From Sulfuritalea sp. (GTDB lineage: Bacteria; Pseudomonadota; Gammaproteobacteria; Burkholderiales; Rhodocyclaceae): DNA of 34,266 nucleotides. Position 1 is the stretch's first letter. Each line of letters opens with the position of its first letter. This document shows positions 8,178 through 20,395 of this stretch, one piece after another. Below the pieces are notes generated by a model. The model saw nothing but the letters and a program-made list of their open reading frames with translations. It made no database searches and was not told where the DNA came from. The stretch spans positions 1 to 34,266 of the forward strand of contig JAPLRA010000121.1 of the NCBI GenBank assembly GCA_026399445.1. Reading direction: 5' to 3'. A program made the position numbers and the translations under genes.

Positions 8178-9460
8178 TCGTGCATTTGCCGACAATGACT
8201 CTCGCGGGCAAAAATCAGGATGATTCCGGCGATCACCATGGCGCCGAATATAAGGGTAAAGCCGGCGCGATACGCCGTTGCATCGTAGAGTCGCACGCCG
8301 GCTTCGACGGCGCCGGCCCAGCGCCGGTCCAGCATCCAGCCTACCGCCGGCTGCAGCAGCATGCCGCCCACCAGCGGTCCCATGTTGCACACGCCAGAAG
8401 CCGTACCCACCAATCGTAGCGGCACCGATTCCTTGGCCCAGGCAAAGCCGATGATGATGTTGCCCGAGGCAAAGCCTGTCGGAATCAGCAGCAGCACCAA
8501 TACCCACAGCGGCAGCGGCAGGAAGATGATCGCCGACCAGCCCAGCATGGCCACCCCGGTTGCAATCAGATACAGGGGTTTCCGCACGCCCATGCGCTCC
8601 GACCAGCTGCCCAAGAGCGGCCCGCCCAGCGCCCACGACACCAGCAGGAGCGAGGTAATCGCCGCCGCCATCTTCGGGTCCAGCCCATGCACCTGACGCA
8701 GGAAGGGCACGCCCCAGAGGCCGGCAAAAGTAAGCACAGCGCCGGAAAAGCCGATCGGCACCGCCGTCAGGATCCACACATTGCGGTAGGACAGTACTTC
8801 CATCAGGCCGCGCAGCAACGAGGTCGAGGCATGTGCTCCGTGAGCCCCCTGAAAGTGGCTGGCATAACCGCGCTCGGCCGGATCGTCGCGCACGCGCAGC
8901 CAGGTGACAACGCACAGCACCGCCGTCAGCGCGGCAGAGACACCCATCACCGGGCGCCAGCCGAAAGCCTCAACCAGAAAGCGCAACGGCACCCCCGCCA
9001 CCACGCCGCCGACCACGCCCATCAGAAGCGCCATGCCCGAGGCCAGTGCATAGTGTTTCGGGGCGAACCAGTGGCTGGCCAGCTTCAGCATCGAGACGAA
9101 GGCCACCGCCACCGAAGCACCGATCAACAACCGTCCCATGTTGGCCCAGAAGATGGTGGGCGCAAACGCAAATAGCGCCGTACCCAGCGCCGCTACCCCG
9201 GCTCCGGCAGTGAGCAGGCGGCGCGGACCCCAGCGGTCGGCGATCATCCCGGTGGGCACCTGCATCGCCACATAGGAATAGAAATAGAAGGCCGAGAGAT
9301 TGCCCAGCGCCGCACCGGTGATGGCGAACTCGGTCATCAACTGATCGGTGATCACCGCCGGCGCAACGCGCAGGTAGAAGCCGATCAGGTACAGCAGCGC
9401 GCCAAGGCCCCAGACCGACCAGGCCAGCGATGCTGGCGGAAAGTTTTTCCGATCGCTCAT
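8174..9460 (-). CDS. MFS transporter
   Basis: About 12 hydrophobic segments; GMIADRWGPRR MFS motif A; ATG 9460 overlaps the upstream stop codon (ATGA). Confidence 0.9.
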   Translation of the reverse strand: MSDRKNFPPASLAWSVWGLGALLYLIGFYLRVAPAVITDQLMTEFAITGAALGNLSAFYFYSYVAMQVPTGMIADRWGPRRLLTAGAGVAALGTALFAFAPTIFWANMGRLLIGASVAVAFVSMLKLASHWFAPKHYALASGMALLMGVVGGVVAGVPLRFLVEAFGWRPVMGVSAALTAVLCVVTWLRVRDDPAERGYASHFQGAHGAHASTSLLRGLMEVLSYRNVWILTAVPIGFSGAVLTFAGLWGVPFLRQVHGLDPKMAAAITSLLLVSWALGGPLLGSWSERMGVRKPLYLIATGVAMLGWSAIIFLPLPLWVLVLLLIPTGFASGNIIIGFAWAKESVPLRLVGTASGVCNMGPLVGGMLLQPAVGWMLDRRWAGAVEAGVRLYDATAYRAGFTLIFGAMVIAGIILIFARESHCRQMHE

Positions 9461-9984
9461 GCCGGGAAAGTCTCCGCCCACCACAGCCGCGCCTTCAGAC
9501 CCCATGTCGTGGCGTAGCCGACCACGCGAAAGCGGATGTTGCCGGCGCCATCGACCACGAAATGCGTCGGCACACCGCGCACGCCCCAGTTGATCGCGTG
9601 GCGGCCGTCGGCATCGATCAGCGCCGGTAAGTCAATCTCACGTTCCTTCAGATGTTTGGTCACCGTCGCCGCATCGCCGGATTGCATGGCCACCGAAATG
9701 ACGCGGTGATCCTGCGCCACGCTGACGATGTTGCCCTCCTCGGCCTTGCACACCGGACACCAGGTCGACCAGAAAGCCACCAGCGTCGCCGTGCCGCCGG
9801 TGCCGACTTTCACCGGCTGTCCGTCAGTCAATACACCCGCCAGCGGCGGCGCGGCGCCCTCGGGTAGGTCGCGGGTCTGAAAATACTGGGCGCCGAAGAT
9901 GACGGCGACGATCAGCCCGCCTTCGAGGAGGTGGCGTTGCCAGCGCTTTGGGAACCTTCGACCGAAGACAGCGACCGGCGGCAA
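9457..9984 (-). CDS. Membrane-anchored TlpA/ScsD-like redoxin (thiol:disulfide oxidoreductase)
   Basis: One TM segment followed by FWSTWCPVC and GVPT; start codon uncertain (TTG 9984). Confidence 0.8.
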   Translation of the reverse strand: MPPVAVFGRRFPKRWQRHLLEGGLIVAVIFGAQYFQTRDLPEGAAPPLAGVLTDGQPVKVGTGGTATLVAFWSTWCPVCKAEEGNIVSVAQDHRVISVAMQSGDAATVTKHLKEREIDLPALIDADGRHAINWGVRGVPTHFVVDGAGNIRFRVVGYATTWGLKARLWWAETFPA

Positions 9985-10004
9985 TCCGCCGGATACTTCA
10001 GAGC

Positions 10005-11309
10005 CTAGCGGTACAGCAGGGTCGGCAGCCACATGGTCAAAGGGGGCCACAGACAGGCGATCAGCAGGTCGATCATGGCGGCCGCAACCAGCGGCATGAC
10101 TGCAACCGAGATTCGACCCAGTGACACCTCGGCGATGCCGCAACTGACGAAGAGGCAGATTCCCACCGGCGGCGTCATCATGCCGATCGCCAGATTGACC
10201 ACCACCAGCACGCCGAACTGCACCGGGTCGACCTGCATCTGCGGCGTCAGCAGCGCCAGCACCGGCACCACCAACAGCAGCGCGGCCGTGGTTTCCATCA
10301 CGCAACCGATGACCAGCAGCAGGCCCATGATCAGCAGTAGCAGTCCGGTCGGCGGTAGCGCGAGCGAATTGACAAAGAGATCCAGCACCTTGGCGCCCTG
10401 CTGCATGGCCAGCAGCCAGCCGAAGATCTTGGCCATGGCAATGATGAACAGGATGCCGGCCGCCGCGACCTGAGACTTGATGATCAGGGCCGGCAATTCC
10501 TTCCACGGCAACTCGCGGTTGACCACGGTGCCTACCAGCAGCGCATAGAACACCGCCAGCGCCGCGGCCTCGGTCACCGTCACGACGCCGCTGAGGATGC
10601 CGCCGAGGATCACGACCGGCGCGCCCAACGAAAACGCCGCAGCCCGCCCGGTACTGAGCACTCTGGCCCACGAAAATTCCTCTCTCACGCCGTAACCCTT
10701 GCGCCACGAGACCACGACGGCCACGACGATGAATGAAAGCCCGAGCAGTATCCCCACCATCATGCCGCCGGCGAAAAGTTGCGAGGTCGAGATGTTGGTC
10801 ATGAAACCAAAGATGACCATGGGAATCGAGGGCGGGATGATGATGCCAATCGAACCGCCGGCCGCGACCACCGCTGCCGCAAAGGGGGGCGGGTAACCCT
10901 GCCGGATCATGGCCGGAATCACCACGGCGCCGATCGCCGCCGTATCGGCGGCAGCCGAGCCGGAGATGCCGGCGATGATCATCGACGCCACGATGGCAGC
11001 GGCGGCAAGTCCGCCGTGCGCCCAACCGACGAGGCTGTCGCAGAAATCGATCAGGCGGCGCGAAATCCCGCCGACCTCCATGATCGAACCGGCGATCATG
11101 AACAGCGGCACGGCGAGCAGGTCGAAGGAGTCGATGCCCGAAAAAAGCTGCTGCACCACGGTTTGCCCGAGCGCCGAGAAGGCGATCGTGTCGGGAAAGA
11201 CTCCCGGCGTGATGATCAGACCGATCGCCGGCAGGCCGATCGCCAGCGCGATGGGCAGGCCCATCGCCATCAGCAGGAACATCAGGACGAACAGCAGGAC
11301 GATGATCAT
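10005..11309 (-). CDS. dctM: TRAP transporter large permease DctM
   Basis: LLAVPLFM, SGSAAAD, IIPPSIP, TEAAA, TPPVG motifs; ATGA overlap with dctQ. Confidence 0.93.
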   Translation of the reverse strand: MIIVLLFVLMFLLMAMGLPIALAIGLPAIGLIITPGVFPDTIAFSALGQTVVQQLFSGIDSFDLLAVPLFMIAGSIMEVGGISRRLIDFCDSLVGWAHGGLAAAAIVASMIIAGISGSAAADTAAIGAVVIPAMIRQGYPPPFAAAVVAAGGSIGIIIPPSIPMVIFGFMTNISTSQLFAGGMMVGILLGLSFIVVAVVVSWRKGYGVREEFSWARVLSTGRAAAFSLGAPVVILGGILSGVVTVTEAAALAVFYALLVGTVVNRELPWKELPALIIKSQVAAAGILFIIAMAKIFGWLLAMQQGAKVLDLFVNSLALPPTGLLLLIMGLLLVIGCVMETTAALLLVVPVLALLTPQMQVDPVQFGVLVVVNLAIGMMTPPVGICLFVSCGIAEVSLGRISVAVMPLVAAAMIDLLIACLWPPLTMWLPTLLYR

Positions 11310-11788
11310 GCTTTGTGCGTCACAGGCCGTACGATGTCGGCCAGGATATGCAGCAGGAAGATGGCGCCGGACAATGGCACTACGGCGATCGGCAGCGACA
11401 TCGGCATCTGCACCGCAGTCGAGGTCTGGTCCCAGGAATTGACGGTGTAGATCGTGCCGTACCAAGCGATCAGTCCAAAGCAACCTAGCGTCAGGGCTTG
11501 CAGCAAACGCACGATGGCCTGCTCGACAACGGGACCCAGCTTTGCGCCGAAGCCCGCCAGGCCGATGAAATGGGCACGCTTGTAGGCCACCGTAGCGCCG
11601 AGAAAAGTGATCGCCACCAGCAGGTAGCGGCCGACCTCTTCCGACCAGCTCAACGATTCGCCGAGATAGCGGGCCAGCACTTGCAGGAAAAGGATCAGCG
11701 AAATCGCGATACCCGCCACCAGCAGAATCTTCTCGACCAAGCCGTTGATTCGTTCGCTGTAATACTGCAGCGAGTCGTTAAACCCCAT
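11306..11788 (-). CDS. dctQ: TRAP transporter small permease DctQ
   Basis: Four TM segments; QVLARY, WSEEVGRY; RBS GAGGA. Confidence 0.9.
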   Translation of the reverse strand: MGFNDSLQYYSERINGLVEKILLVAGIAISLILFLQVLARYLGESLSWSEEVGRYLLVAITFLGATVAYKRAHFIGLAGFGAKLGPVVEQAIVRLLQALTLGCFGLIAWYGTIYTVNSWDQTSTAVQMPMSLPIAVVPLSGAIFLLHILADIVRPVTHKA

Positions 11789-11845
11789 GTCCATTCCTCG
11801 ATCGCATCCGGGTGGATGCCGGCTCCGGCGCTTTGCAGGAGCGAT

Positions 11846-11876
11846 AGGCGTCGCCGCGGGTCCCGCGGCGACGCCT
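11846..11876. repeat. Perfect GC-rich inverted repeat between dctP and dctQ (likely mRNA-stabilising or attenuating hairpin)
   Basis: AGGCGTCGCCGCGGG-T-CCCGCGGCGACGCCT, 15-bp arms; no U-tract. Confidence 0.75.
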
Positions 11877-11890
11877 GCTTCGGCAAGCAA

Positions 11891-12871
11891 CTACTTTACG
11901 GTCTTGCGGATTTCCTCGACGATCTTCTTGGTGTCGCCGCTGAGCGAACCGTAGACCGGCTCTGTCTTGGCGCGGAAGGCCGCGAGGTCGGGATTTTCCA
12001 CCACCTGCATGCCGGCGGCTTTGAGGGCGGCGAGCTGGCTCGCCTCGTTGTCGCGCACGTAGCGCCGGCCGACCATCGAGGCCGCCTGAGCGGCGTCCAT
12101 GAACACCTTGCGATCGGCGGCGGGCAGCTTGTCCATGAAGGCCTTGCTGCCGACGAATACCAGGGCGGAATAGACGTGGCGCGTGATCGACAGGTATTTC
12201 TGTCCGGCCTCGTTGAGCTTCGCTGCCGAAATCACCGAGATCGGATTCTCTTGCCCGTCCAGCACGCCCTGCTGCAACTGGGTCGTGATCGGCCAGGCCA
12301 TCGGCGTCGGGTTGGCGCCGATGGCGCGCCAGATGGCGAGGTGGGTCGGCGATTCCATGGTGCGGATCTTCATGCCCTTGAGATCATCGGGGCCGCTCAC
12401 CGCGCGCTTCGAATTGGTCACGTTGCGGAAACCGTTGTCCAGGAAATGCATGCCGACCAGGCCGGCCTTGTCGAAGCGCTTGAGCAGATCCTTGCCGATC
12501 GGCCCGTCCAGCACCTTGTCGGAGGCTTCGTAGGAGGAGAACAGGAAGGGCATTTCCAGCGCCTTGATCTCGGGCACGAAGGCTTCGATCGGGCCGGTGG
12601 TGCACACACTCATCTGCACCGTGCCGAGCTGAAGCTGTTGCAGCACCTGGGTCTCGCTGCCGAGCGCGGCGGAATGGTGCACCACGACCTCGTATTTGCC
12701 TGGCAGGGCCTTGTCGACTTCTTCCTTGAACTTCTGCGCGGCAACCGTGTGGGCGAAGGTCGGGCCGGTGACCACGCCGATATTCACCTTTTCGGCCGCC
12801 AGGGCCAGTGAGCTGAAGCCCAGGCTGATGGCGCAGGCCAAACCCGTCAGGGTGTGGGAAATGGATTTCAT
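11891..12871 (-). CDS. dctP: TRAP transporter substrate-binding protein DctP
   Basis: Sec signal peptide; NGFRNVTN, DLKGMKIRTM, GVLDGQENP; RBS GAGGAG. Confidence 0.93.
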   Translation of the reverse strand: MKSISHTLTGLACAISLGFSSLALAAEKVNIGVVTGPTFAHTVAAQKFKEEVDKALPGKYEVVVHHSAALGSETQVLQQLQLGTVQMSVCTTGPIEAFVPEIKALEMPFLFSSYEASDKVLDGPIGKDLLKRFDKAGLVGMHFLDNGFRNVTNSKRAVSGPDDLKGMKIRTMESPTHLAIWRAIGANPTPMAWPITTQLQQGVLDGQENPISVISAAKLNEAGQKYLSITRHVYSALVFVGSKAFMDKLPAADRKVFMDAAQAASMVGRRYVRDNEASQLAALKAAGMQVVENPDLAAFRAKTEPVYGSLSGDTKKIVEEIRKTVK

Positions 12872-12987
12872 GAGTACTCCTCGGTTGGGGGTGCGGCGGC
12901 ATTCGCGCGCGAGGCAGGGCGACGGCTCCTGCAAGGAGGGGCAATCATACTGTCCATGGCCGATCAGGTAAACGACGAAACACGATG

Positions 12988-13007
12988 GGGATCGCGGCAC
13001 CGATCCC
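12988..13007 (-). terminator. Possible weak terminator hairpin after the rhodanese gene
   Basis: GGGATCG/CGATCCC stem 11 nt past the stop codon; only an interrupted U-rich tail. Confidence 0.3.
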
Positions 13008-13018
13008 GACCCAACCCC

Positions 13019-13411
13019 TCAGCACTGCTCCCAAGGCAGACCCTCGAAACGCCAGCCATTCATCGAACCACGATGATGGGTGTCGTCGAGTTCGCCTTCG
13101 AAGCCGTGCAGTACGTTGTACACACGGGTGAAACCGGCGGCTTCCAGCGCGTGGCCGGCATCGATCGAACGGTTGCCGCTGCGGCAGATCAGCACCACCG
13201 GACGGTCGCCCGAATGACCGGCCAGTTTCTTCACCTCGCCGACAAAATGCGGGTTGACCTCCCAGTCGGGACCGTCATTCCACGACACATGGCTTACGCC
13301 CGCCGGATGGCCGACGAAGAAGAACTCCATTTCGCTGCGGCAGTCGACGAACAATGCGCTTGGGTTGTCGTGGAGGAACTTGGCAGCTTCCTTGGGGGTC
13401 AGATGATCCAT
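13019..13411 (-). CDS. Rhodanese-like sulfurtransferase (cytoplasmic)
   Basis: VDCRSEME, GHP, ICRSGNRS active-site loop, YNVLHGFEG, GWRFEGLPW. Confidence 0.9.
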   Translation of the reverse strand: MDHLTPKEAAKFLHDNPSALFVDCRSEMEFFFVGHPAGVSHVSWNDGPDWEVNPHFVGEVKKLAGHSGDRPVVLICRSGNRSIDAGHALEAAGFTRVYNVLHGFEGELDDTHHRGSMNGWRFEGLPWEQC

Positions 13412-13471
13412 GATGTGCTCCACTCGGTCTGTTGGAACAGTGATTGTAGCCAAGCACGGTATAGTAGGTTG

Positions 13472-13939
13472 ATGAATCCACTTTTCCCGCTCAGAGCCCT
13501 GACTGCCGGCTTTCTGAAAAACCTCGTGCCCTGCACCTTCGCGCTGCTGGCACTGTCGGCGCGCGCCGACCCCGACCTCAGCGCGCCCGAGGCCGCCGCC
13601 CAGGTACAGTCCGGCAAGCTCATCCTGATAGACATCCGCACACCGCCGGAATGGAAGGAGACCGGCGTGGCCCGGGGCGCCCGGCAGGTCAACATGCTGC
13701 ATCCGCAGGGAGCCAAAGGATTCGCCGAGCAGCTGATGGGCGAACTCAAGGGCGACAAGAACACCCCCATTGCCCTCATCTGTCGCACCGGCAACCGCAC
13801 CACCCAGGTCCAGCGCTACCTGCAAAGCGTAGGCTTCACTCAGGTCTACAACATCAAGGAAGGCATGGCCGGCAGCGGCGCCGGCCCCGGCTGGATCAAG
13901 CATGGCCTTCCGCTGGAGCCCTGCACGCAGCAGTGCTGA
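13472..13939 (+). CDS. Rhodanese-like protein with signal peptide (periplasmic, PspE-like)
   Basis: N-terminal leader ending ARA; IDIRTPPEW, ICRTGNRT, YNIKEGM, GW...GLP. Confidence 0.88.
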   Translation: MNPLFPLRALTAGFLKNLVPCTFALLALSARADPDLSAPEAAAQVQSGKLILIDIRTPPEWKETGVARGARQVNMLHPQGAKGFAEQLMGELKGDKNTPIALICRTGNRTTQVQRYLQSVGFTQVYNIKEGMAGSGAGPGWIKHGLPLEPCTQQC

Positions 13940-13950
13940 ACCGACGGCGG

Positions 13951-13956
13951 TATAAT
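13951..13956 (+). promoter_or_regulatory. Putative -10 box for the riboswitch/metH transcript
   Basis: Perfect TATAAT about 10 nt upstream of the aptamer in GC-rich context; no clear -35 box. Confidence 0.5.
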
Positions 13957-13966
13957 CGCCTCTTGC

Positions 13967-14052
13967 TTCCGAGGAGCGCTGCAAGGTAGATGGCCCCCAG
14001 GTTTTATGGGCCGCGACCCTAGGCTCGGAACCTGATGACAACGGCGCTCACC
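13967..14052 (+). ncRNA. SAH (S-adenosylhomocysteine) riboswitch
   Basis: Conserved GAGGAGCGCTGC...AGGCTCGG...AACGGCGCTCA; TTCCGAG(13967-73) pairs CTCGGAA(14024-30); GAGCGCTG(13974-81) pairs CGGCGCTC(14042-49) as a pseudoknot; upstream of metH. Confidence 0.92.
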
Positions 14053-14135
14053 CACCCTTGGAGTATTCCGCCGGGGCACACGGTGAGCCGTCACGCAGCA
14101 AGGCTCCCCGCCCCGGTCATGGATTGGAGAGACGC

Positions 14136-17761
<3,626 letters not shown>

Positions 17762-17776
17762 CCCCAGGAGAAACCC

Positions 17777-18235
17777 ATGTCGGAAGCAAACCTCAACCGC
17801 CTGAGCTTCAACGAAGCCGTGGTCTTCGTCAAACAACGCAAACAGGCGGCCTTCGCCGCGATGCCGGTGTTCGGCGACGAAGAAAACGACACAGCGCAAA
17901 CCGCCGAAGGGGCGCGCATCTTCATCCTGCTGCCCGACGAGGATGAGGGCTGGACCCTGCGTTTCATCGCCGGGCCGTTCTTTTCCGCCGCCTACGCCGC
18001 CAACGACACCATTCCCGCCGACGAGATTCCCGATCGCATCCGCGAACTGCTGTTCATGCCGACACGCTGCGAGGAGGACTGGCTGACCGACCAGTTGCAG
18101 GTGCTGCTTGGCAAATTGACGCAAGCCGCAGGGATCGGCGACCAGATGCCGGATTACGCGTCGCAGGCCGCCAAGGGTGCGGGACCGGAGGCCGTGTTTC
18201 CGGTATCCTTCATCGGCTTGAACAAGCCTCACTGA
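17777..18235 (+). CDS. Hypothetical protein, probably co-transcribed with metH
   Basis: 152 aa; RBS AGGAG; 15 nt after the metH stop codon; host-like codon usage. Confidence 0.75.
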   Translation: MSEANLNRLSFNEAVVFVKQRKQAAFAAMPVFGDEENDTAQTAEGARIFILLPDEDEGWTLRFIAGPFFSAAYAANDTIPADEIPDRIRELLFMPTRCEEDWLTDQLQVLLGKLTQAAGIGDQMPDYASQAAKGAGPEAVFPVSFIGLNKPH

Positions 18236-18267
18236 CGCTTATGGCACCGAGTGCAAGCCGCCGATGA

Positions 18268-18384
18268 TGAAACACGCGAAAAATCGAATTGAAGGCCCCC
18301 CACCCCCATCCCCGCCCCAGGGCGGGGCTACTGGTCAGCTCGCTTCGCTCGGCTATCACCCGTCGCTCCGAACAAGGAATTTCA
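18268..18384 (+). repeat. MITE/REP-like element, copy C
   Basis: Starts TGAAACACGCGAAAA and ends AACAAGGAATTTCA; hairpin CCCCGCCC-CA-GGGCGGGG followed by gcta...ctcgcttcgctcg..tatcac as in copy A. Confidence 0.7.
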
Positions 18385-18406
18385 CGTTGAACAAGGAATC
18401 CCCAGC

Positions 18407-18982
18407 ATGAGCCAGGAAATTCCACGCGGCACCCGCGCCCACACGCCCGATCTGGACTGGAGCCAGATACGCGAAACCGTGCTGATGCTGGAGCTCGCCG
18501 CCGGTCAGGTGGATGCGGCGATGCGCGACTCGAATTCTTCGGTCGATACGCTGATGGATACCTTCACCTCGATGGCAAGCACGCTGGGCATGATCGACGT
18601 GGCGCTGGGAACGCTGCCCGACACGGTCGGCAACGGCATGGTCAAGTCCGAAATACAGGAAGGTGCCCGACAGGTTTCGCAGAAGGTGCATCACGCCATC
18701 ATCGCCTTCCAGTTTTACGACAAGCTGGTGCAGCGGCTCGACCACGTCTGCCACAGCCTGAGCGAGCTTTCGGATTTGGTGAGCAGCACCGAACGGCTCT
18801 ACAACCCGCAGGAGTGGAGCGCCCTGCAGGAGCGCATCCGCTCGAAATACACCATGGCCGAAGAACGCGGCATGTTCGATGCGGTAATGGCCGGCGCCAC
18901 GGTACAGGATGCGCTGAAAAACTACATGACGGAGCGCATGCAGAAAGTCGAGGAGAGCAGCGGCGAGATCGAGTTGTTCTAA
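18407..18982 (+). CDS. Conserved helical protein, chemotaxis-associated (CheZ-like AFQFYD..QRL.HV motif)
   Basis: 191 aa; IIAFQFYDKLVQRLDHV, YTMAEER and C-terminal EIELF; RBS AAGGA. Confidence 0.7.
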   Translation: MSQEIPRGTRAHTPDLDWSQIRETVLMLELAAGQVDAAMRDSNSSVDTLMDTFTSMASTLGMIDVALGTLPDTVGNGMVKSEIQEGARQVSQKVHHAIIAFQFYDKLVQRLDHVCHSLSELSDLVSSTERLYNPQEWSALQERIRSKYTMAEERGMFDAVMAGATVQDALKNYMTERMQKVEESSGEIELF

Positions 18983-18989
18983 GCGGCTT

Positions 18990-19331
18990 TCAGACGCCCC
19001 AGACGACGGGCTTCTTCTTCTTAAGCGACCACTCCAGCAGTTCCAGCAGCGGCACCGCGCGCTGCGTCAGGGTGACGAAGGGTCGCGAATTTTGCGCACC
19101 ACCGCTTCGGTCCGGCTCGGTCCGCGGCAGGTCTTCCTCCTGCACGCCCGCGCGTTGCCGTTTGTCTTCCTCGATCGCGGCCTTGAGCCGGGCGATCGCA
19201 TCAGGCAGTTGCTCGACAGTGACGATGCCCTTGTCGGTCACGTCCTTGCCCATGAGTTTCATCATGCGTTGTGCCACGTCGCCGAACATGATGACATCGC
19301 CGGAAGCCGGCGACTGAAAAATCACGATCAT
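18990..19331 (-). CDS. DUF1840 family protein
   Basis: MIVIFQSPASGDVIMFGDVA, LTQRAVPLLELL and C-terminal VVWGV. Confidence 0.85.
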   Translation of the reverse strand: MIVIFQSPASGDVIMFGDVAQRMMKLMGKDVTDKGIVTVEQLPDAIARLKAAIEEDKRQRAGVQEEDLPRTEPDRSGGAQNSRPFVTLTQRAVPLLELLEWSLKKKKPVVWGV

Positions 19332-20131
19332 GGTTTGAGCTCCTGCAGCCAGTCGAGAATTTCCCGCGCCGGCTTTTTCCAGTCGCGTTCAAGCATCAGA
19401 CCGTGCCCCATGCCGGGAAAGACATGCGCTTCGACGTCGTAGGTGCGGGCCGTCATTTCCACCAGCGCCGCGGGGATCGGGTGATCGAATTCCGCGCCCT
19501 GCACCAGCAGCGGCGTGCGCTTGACGCGGCCGGCACGCGGCATGCCGAACAGGGACATGTCCCAGATGGCACGATGCGATTCGGATTGTGAGCCCTTGTA
19601 GTAGCGCTTCAGGTCGTCTAGCGACACCGGCTGGGCGAAGAGGGCTTCGCGCAGGGTTTCCAGCGAGGCCTTGCCGCCGCTCATCAGGCTGTTCAGGTCT
19701 CCCATCATTCCGGGCTTCGAAAACATCATGCCCATCGCGGCCGACATGAGGCCTTGCGGCGGCACGGCACACATCAGCACCGCGCCGGGGGCGACGTGAT
19801 CTTCCAGGTACTTCTGCACCACGAAGCCGCCCATCGAATGTCCGATCAGGACCGGCGGCGCCGGCAGGGCCGCGGCCACGGTGGCGACATCGCGCACATA
19901 GTCGTTGATCGAAAAGCTGTCGAGATGTTTGCGGCCGGGGGAACCGCCATGCCCGGAAAGGCTCACGGCGTAAGCCGCGTAACCCGCCTCGGCGAAGAAC
20001 GGCAGGAAGTGTTCTTCCCAGCACCAGGCAGCGGTATAAGCGCCGTGAACAAAAAGCAGCGGCGTCGCTTGCGTTTTGCCGGCGGGCGTGCGGACGAGGA
20101 CTTCATGATGTTCGAAACGGGGCGGATTCAT
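19328..20131 (-). CDS. Alpha/beta fold hydrolase
   Basis: VHGA, GHGGS, GHSMGG, Asp in AEFD, His in GMGHG; ATGA coupling to the DUF1840 gene. Confidence 0.9.
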   Translation of the reverse strand: MNPPRFEHHEVLVRTPAGKTQATPLLFVHGAYTAAWCWEEHFLPFFAEAGYAAYAVSLSGHGGSPGRKHLDSFSINDYVRDVATVAAALPAPPVLIGHSMGGFVVQKYLEDHVAPGAVLMCAVPPQGLMSAAMGMMFSKPGMMGDLNSLMSGGKASLETLREALFAQPVSLDDLKRYYKGSQSESHRAIWDMSLFGMPRAGRVKRTPLLVQGAEFDHPIPAALVEMTARTYDVEAHVFPGMGHGLMLERDWKKPAREILDWLQELKP

Positions 20132-20206
20132 CGGCTGAGCTTGCGCAAGGAGGGTGTCCCTTGTGAGATAAGATTGGCGTTGCAGCTAATTTTACCGCGC
20201 CCCTCC

Positions 20207-20395
20207 ATGCTGAAATGGCTGATTGTCCTGTTTGCCACAGTTTTCGTCTTCGGCCTGCTGCAACAGCGGTTGCCGCAACCGGGCCGACTGCCGGGCGATT
20301 TGCGTTTTCGGCTGCGCGGCCGGGAGTATTCCTTCCCCCTCGCCTCGGTGATCGTCTTTTCGCTACTGGCCGCGCTTATCGGCTGGCTGCTTTGA
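20207..20395 (+). CDS. DUF2905 family small membrane protein
   Basis: 62 aa; TM, GRLPGD, FPLAS, TM; typical neighbour of cca. Confidence 0.8.
   Translation: MLKWLIVLFATVFVFGLLQQRLPQPGRLPGDLRFRLRGREYSFPLASVIVFSLLAALIGWLL

Noticed and set aside
7341-11483. Apparent long fusion-like ORFs 7341-8915, 9457-11025 and 10005-11483 (also 13019-14041, 20376-22133, 21620-23128)
   Set aside because: The N-terminal extensions are off-frame readings of neighbouring genes; real starts were reassigned using RBS, overlap and domain boundaries.
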